In this document: piece after piece, positions 6,646 through 8,466 of the stretch
How positions within the stretch are numbered: the first letter of the stretch is position 1
Layout: every line of letters begins with the position of its first letter
Source of the DNA: a virus
Taxonomy: Duplodnaviria > Heunggongvirae > Uroviricota > Caudoviricetes
DNA length: 8,466 nucleotides
IMG/VR virus record: IMGVR_UViG_2693429635_000026
Direction: 5' to 3' (one strand)
Made by a program: the position numbers and the translations under genes
Notes under the pieces: model-generated
Told to the model about the DNA's origin: nothing
Database searches by the model: none
The model's input: only the letters and a program-made list of their open reading frames with translations

Positions 6646-7060
6646 GCCATTCAATATCTGGAGCACTGGAGGTATCAACCAGTTCCAGTGCGTCCAGATA
6701 ATCCAGCCATAAATTATATTGTTCCAGCTCGTAACCTTTCAGACGACCAATAGCAGCTTTGCCAGGCCACTGATGGGTATTGATGTAGGTATTGACTTCT
6801 GAAACCAAAGATATCTTTTTCATTTCAGCCGCCAGCATCTCATCCTCTTTTGAAGGCGGCGGGGAATTAATCCATATTGGCCGTCCTGAACTGTCAGCGC
6901 CAATTTCTTTCCCTTCTGGATGCAGCCCAAGAAATTGCTCATATGTTTCTCTGGTAATTTCAATAACATCATCAGGAAGCGTTCCCGCATCCTCATATTC
7001 TGGAAACAATTCTTGCAGATAAAAACTTTTACTTGCGGGTGAAAAGAATACTGAGTTCAT
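6617..7060 (-). CDS. tail fibre assembly protein (U-like), copy B, cognate chaperone of the expressed tail fibre
   Basis: 147 aa. Starts 2 bp after the stop of the tail fibre gene at 7063..7806 on the same strand. Tfa-type C-terminus. Confidence 0.88.
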   Translation of the reverse strand: MNSVFFSPASKSFYLQELFPEYEDAGTLPDDVIEITRETYEQFLGLHPEGKEIGADSSGRPIWINSPPPSKEDEMLAAEMKKISLVSEVNTYINTHQWPGKAAIGRLKGYELEQYNLWLDYLDALELVDTSSAPDIEWPTPPVVQAR

Positions 7061-7062
7061 TC

Positions 7063-7806
7063 TTACCGTCCAATGATTAACGCTGAGACGCTGGTATCTG
7101 AAGGAAAGGCTGCATTCAGTGGTTTGTCGACTTTGAACACAATCGTATTATTCCCCCTGACAGCGGCAAAAGAACAAACCGCCGTCGCGTATGAACCTGT
7201 AATATTACTGGATACACCACCATAAGCTGTTGTTGATACCAGAGGGATAACGCCCAGCACCTTATTAGGAAATACAAAGGGCAATGTGGCTGTGGCAATA
7301 TAAGACTTATTAGAACCTGTAATGGCATAAGCATTATCAGTCATTCCATTCATCGCCACTGGACCGCTTATACTTACAGTAACCATCTGAATGATTAGCC
7401 CGTCAGGTTGACGAATCACAAAATTTCCATTGCCACCAGTAACCGTCCAGAAAGACATATCAGGGATTTGGTTTTCCCCGTTGCCCACATTTCGTTTTGC
7501 CGCTTCTCCCAAACCAAGGTTTTCGAGAGCCGTTTTCACCGTGCCATCAGATTTGATATCGCCAAACGGATTCTTGCGGCTTAACAGCAGCGCACGAAGC
7601 GCGGTAAGCAGCTGGTCATGCCGCCCCTTCTCCAGGCTGGCACCGGATGCCTCCACCACGCTGCAGAGTTCTTCCTGCAACATGTCAAAGTAGTCATCAT
7701 CCAGATCGGTGGCAGGTGTGCCGGTCTGGGGGTTACCACGGGTAAAACCGTTCTTACCCGCGCCGAACTTATCCTTCTGCGCGGTTTTCGTGTCTATACG
7801 ATGCAT
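7063..7806 (-). CDS. phage tail fibre protein S (constant N-terminal part 7518..7806 fused to variable part Sv 7063..7517), 247 aa
   Basis: ATG at 7804-7806 (minus strand) with SD GGAG upstream, immediately after the stop of the upstream tail gene. Crossover site B lies inside the ORF at the ...ENLG|LGEAA... junction, as expected for Mu S, P1 and e14-type invertible tail fibre genes. Confidence 0.88.
   Translation of the reverse strand: MHRIDTKTAQKDKFGAGKNGFTRGNPQTGTPATDLDDDYFDMLQEELCSVVEASGASLEKGRHDQLLTALRALLLSRKNPFGDIKSDGTVKTALENLGLGEAAKRNVGNGENQIPDMSFWTVTGGNGNFVIRQPDGLIIQMVTVSISGPVAMNGMTDNAYAITGSNKSYIATATLPFVFPNKVLGVIPLVSTTAYGGVSSNITGSYATAVCSFAAVRGNNTIVFKVDKPLNAAFPSDTSVSALIIGR
7504..7529 (+). 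other. invertase crossover site B (gix/pix-like, inside the tail fibre gene at the constant/variable boundary)
   Basis: Plus strand TTCTCCCAAACC-AA-GGTTTTCGAGAG. Its reverse complement CTCTCGAAAACC-TT-GGTTTGGGAGAA is inverted relative to sites A and C, with both half-sites fitting the TTnTCnnAAACC pattern. Confidence 0.65.
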
Positions 7807-7809
7807 GGA

Positions 7810-8464
<655 letters not shown>

Positions 8465-8466
8465 CT

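Larger units (their letters stand above)
5761..7517. repeat. right arm of the 1757-bp exact inverted duplication (reverse complement of 3814..5570)
   Basis: See left arm. This arm is the one in the canonical context, bounded by site C and the unique spacer on one side and by site B and the constant part of S on the other. Confidence 0.9.

Noticed and set aside
3997-7334. Paired small ORFs 3997..4215 with 7116..7334, and 4309..4539 with 6792..7022
   Set aside because: They appear twice only because of the inverted duplication. Each lies off-frame or antisense inside the tail fibre or tail fibre assembly genes.
3814-7517. Possible CRISPR array or IS element to explain the repeats
   Set aside because: The repeats are two long inverted copies of protein-coding DNA, not short direct repeats with spacers. 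No transposase or IS terminal inverted repeats are present.

Overview
The window opens with the chromosomal trans-translation locus: a complete smpB (1..483) and an intact 363-nt ssrA/tmRNA gene (698..1060) with its terminator, both matching Escherichia/enterobacterial sequences as far as I can recall. Everything downstream looks horizontally acquired. First comes a visibly AT-rich cargo region with two co-directional ORFs of unknown function (343 aa with a central hydrophobic segment, and 114 aa) plus a small convergent 70-aa ORF. I recognise no family for any of them, and the two-gene cassette is the best candidate in the window for an undescribed accessory or anti-phage module. Next is a Pin/Gin/Hin-family serine DNA invertase (3193..3747, minus strand) and a Mu/P1/e14-type invertible tail-fibre region: tail fibre gene S, tail fibre assembly genes U and U', an alternative tail-collar-type variable cassette Sv', and an upstream DUF2313/Mu gp48-like tail gene. 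Unusually, a 1757-bp block carrying Sv, U, U' and part of Sv' is present twice as an exact inverted duplication (3814..5570 and 5761..7517) around a 190-bp unique centre. This creates three copies of the 14-bp crossover core TTGGTTTGGGAGAA and makes about 3.7 kb a near-palindrome. It may be a real rearrangement or an assembly artefact of a mixed-orientation population. No CRISPR array, rRNA or tRNA is present.
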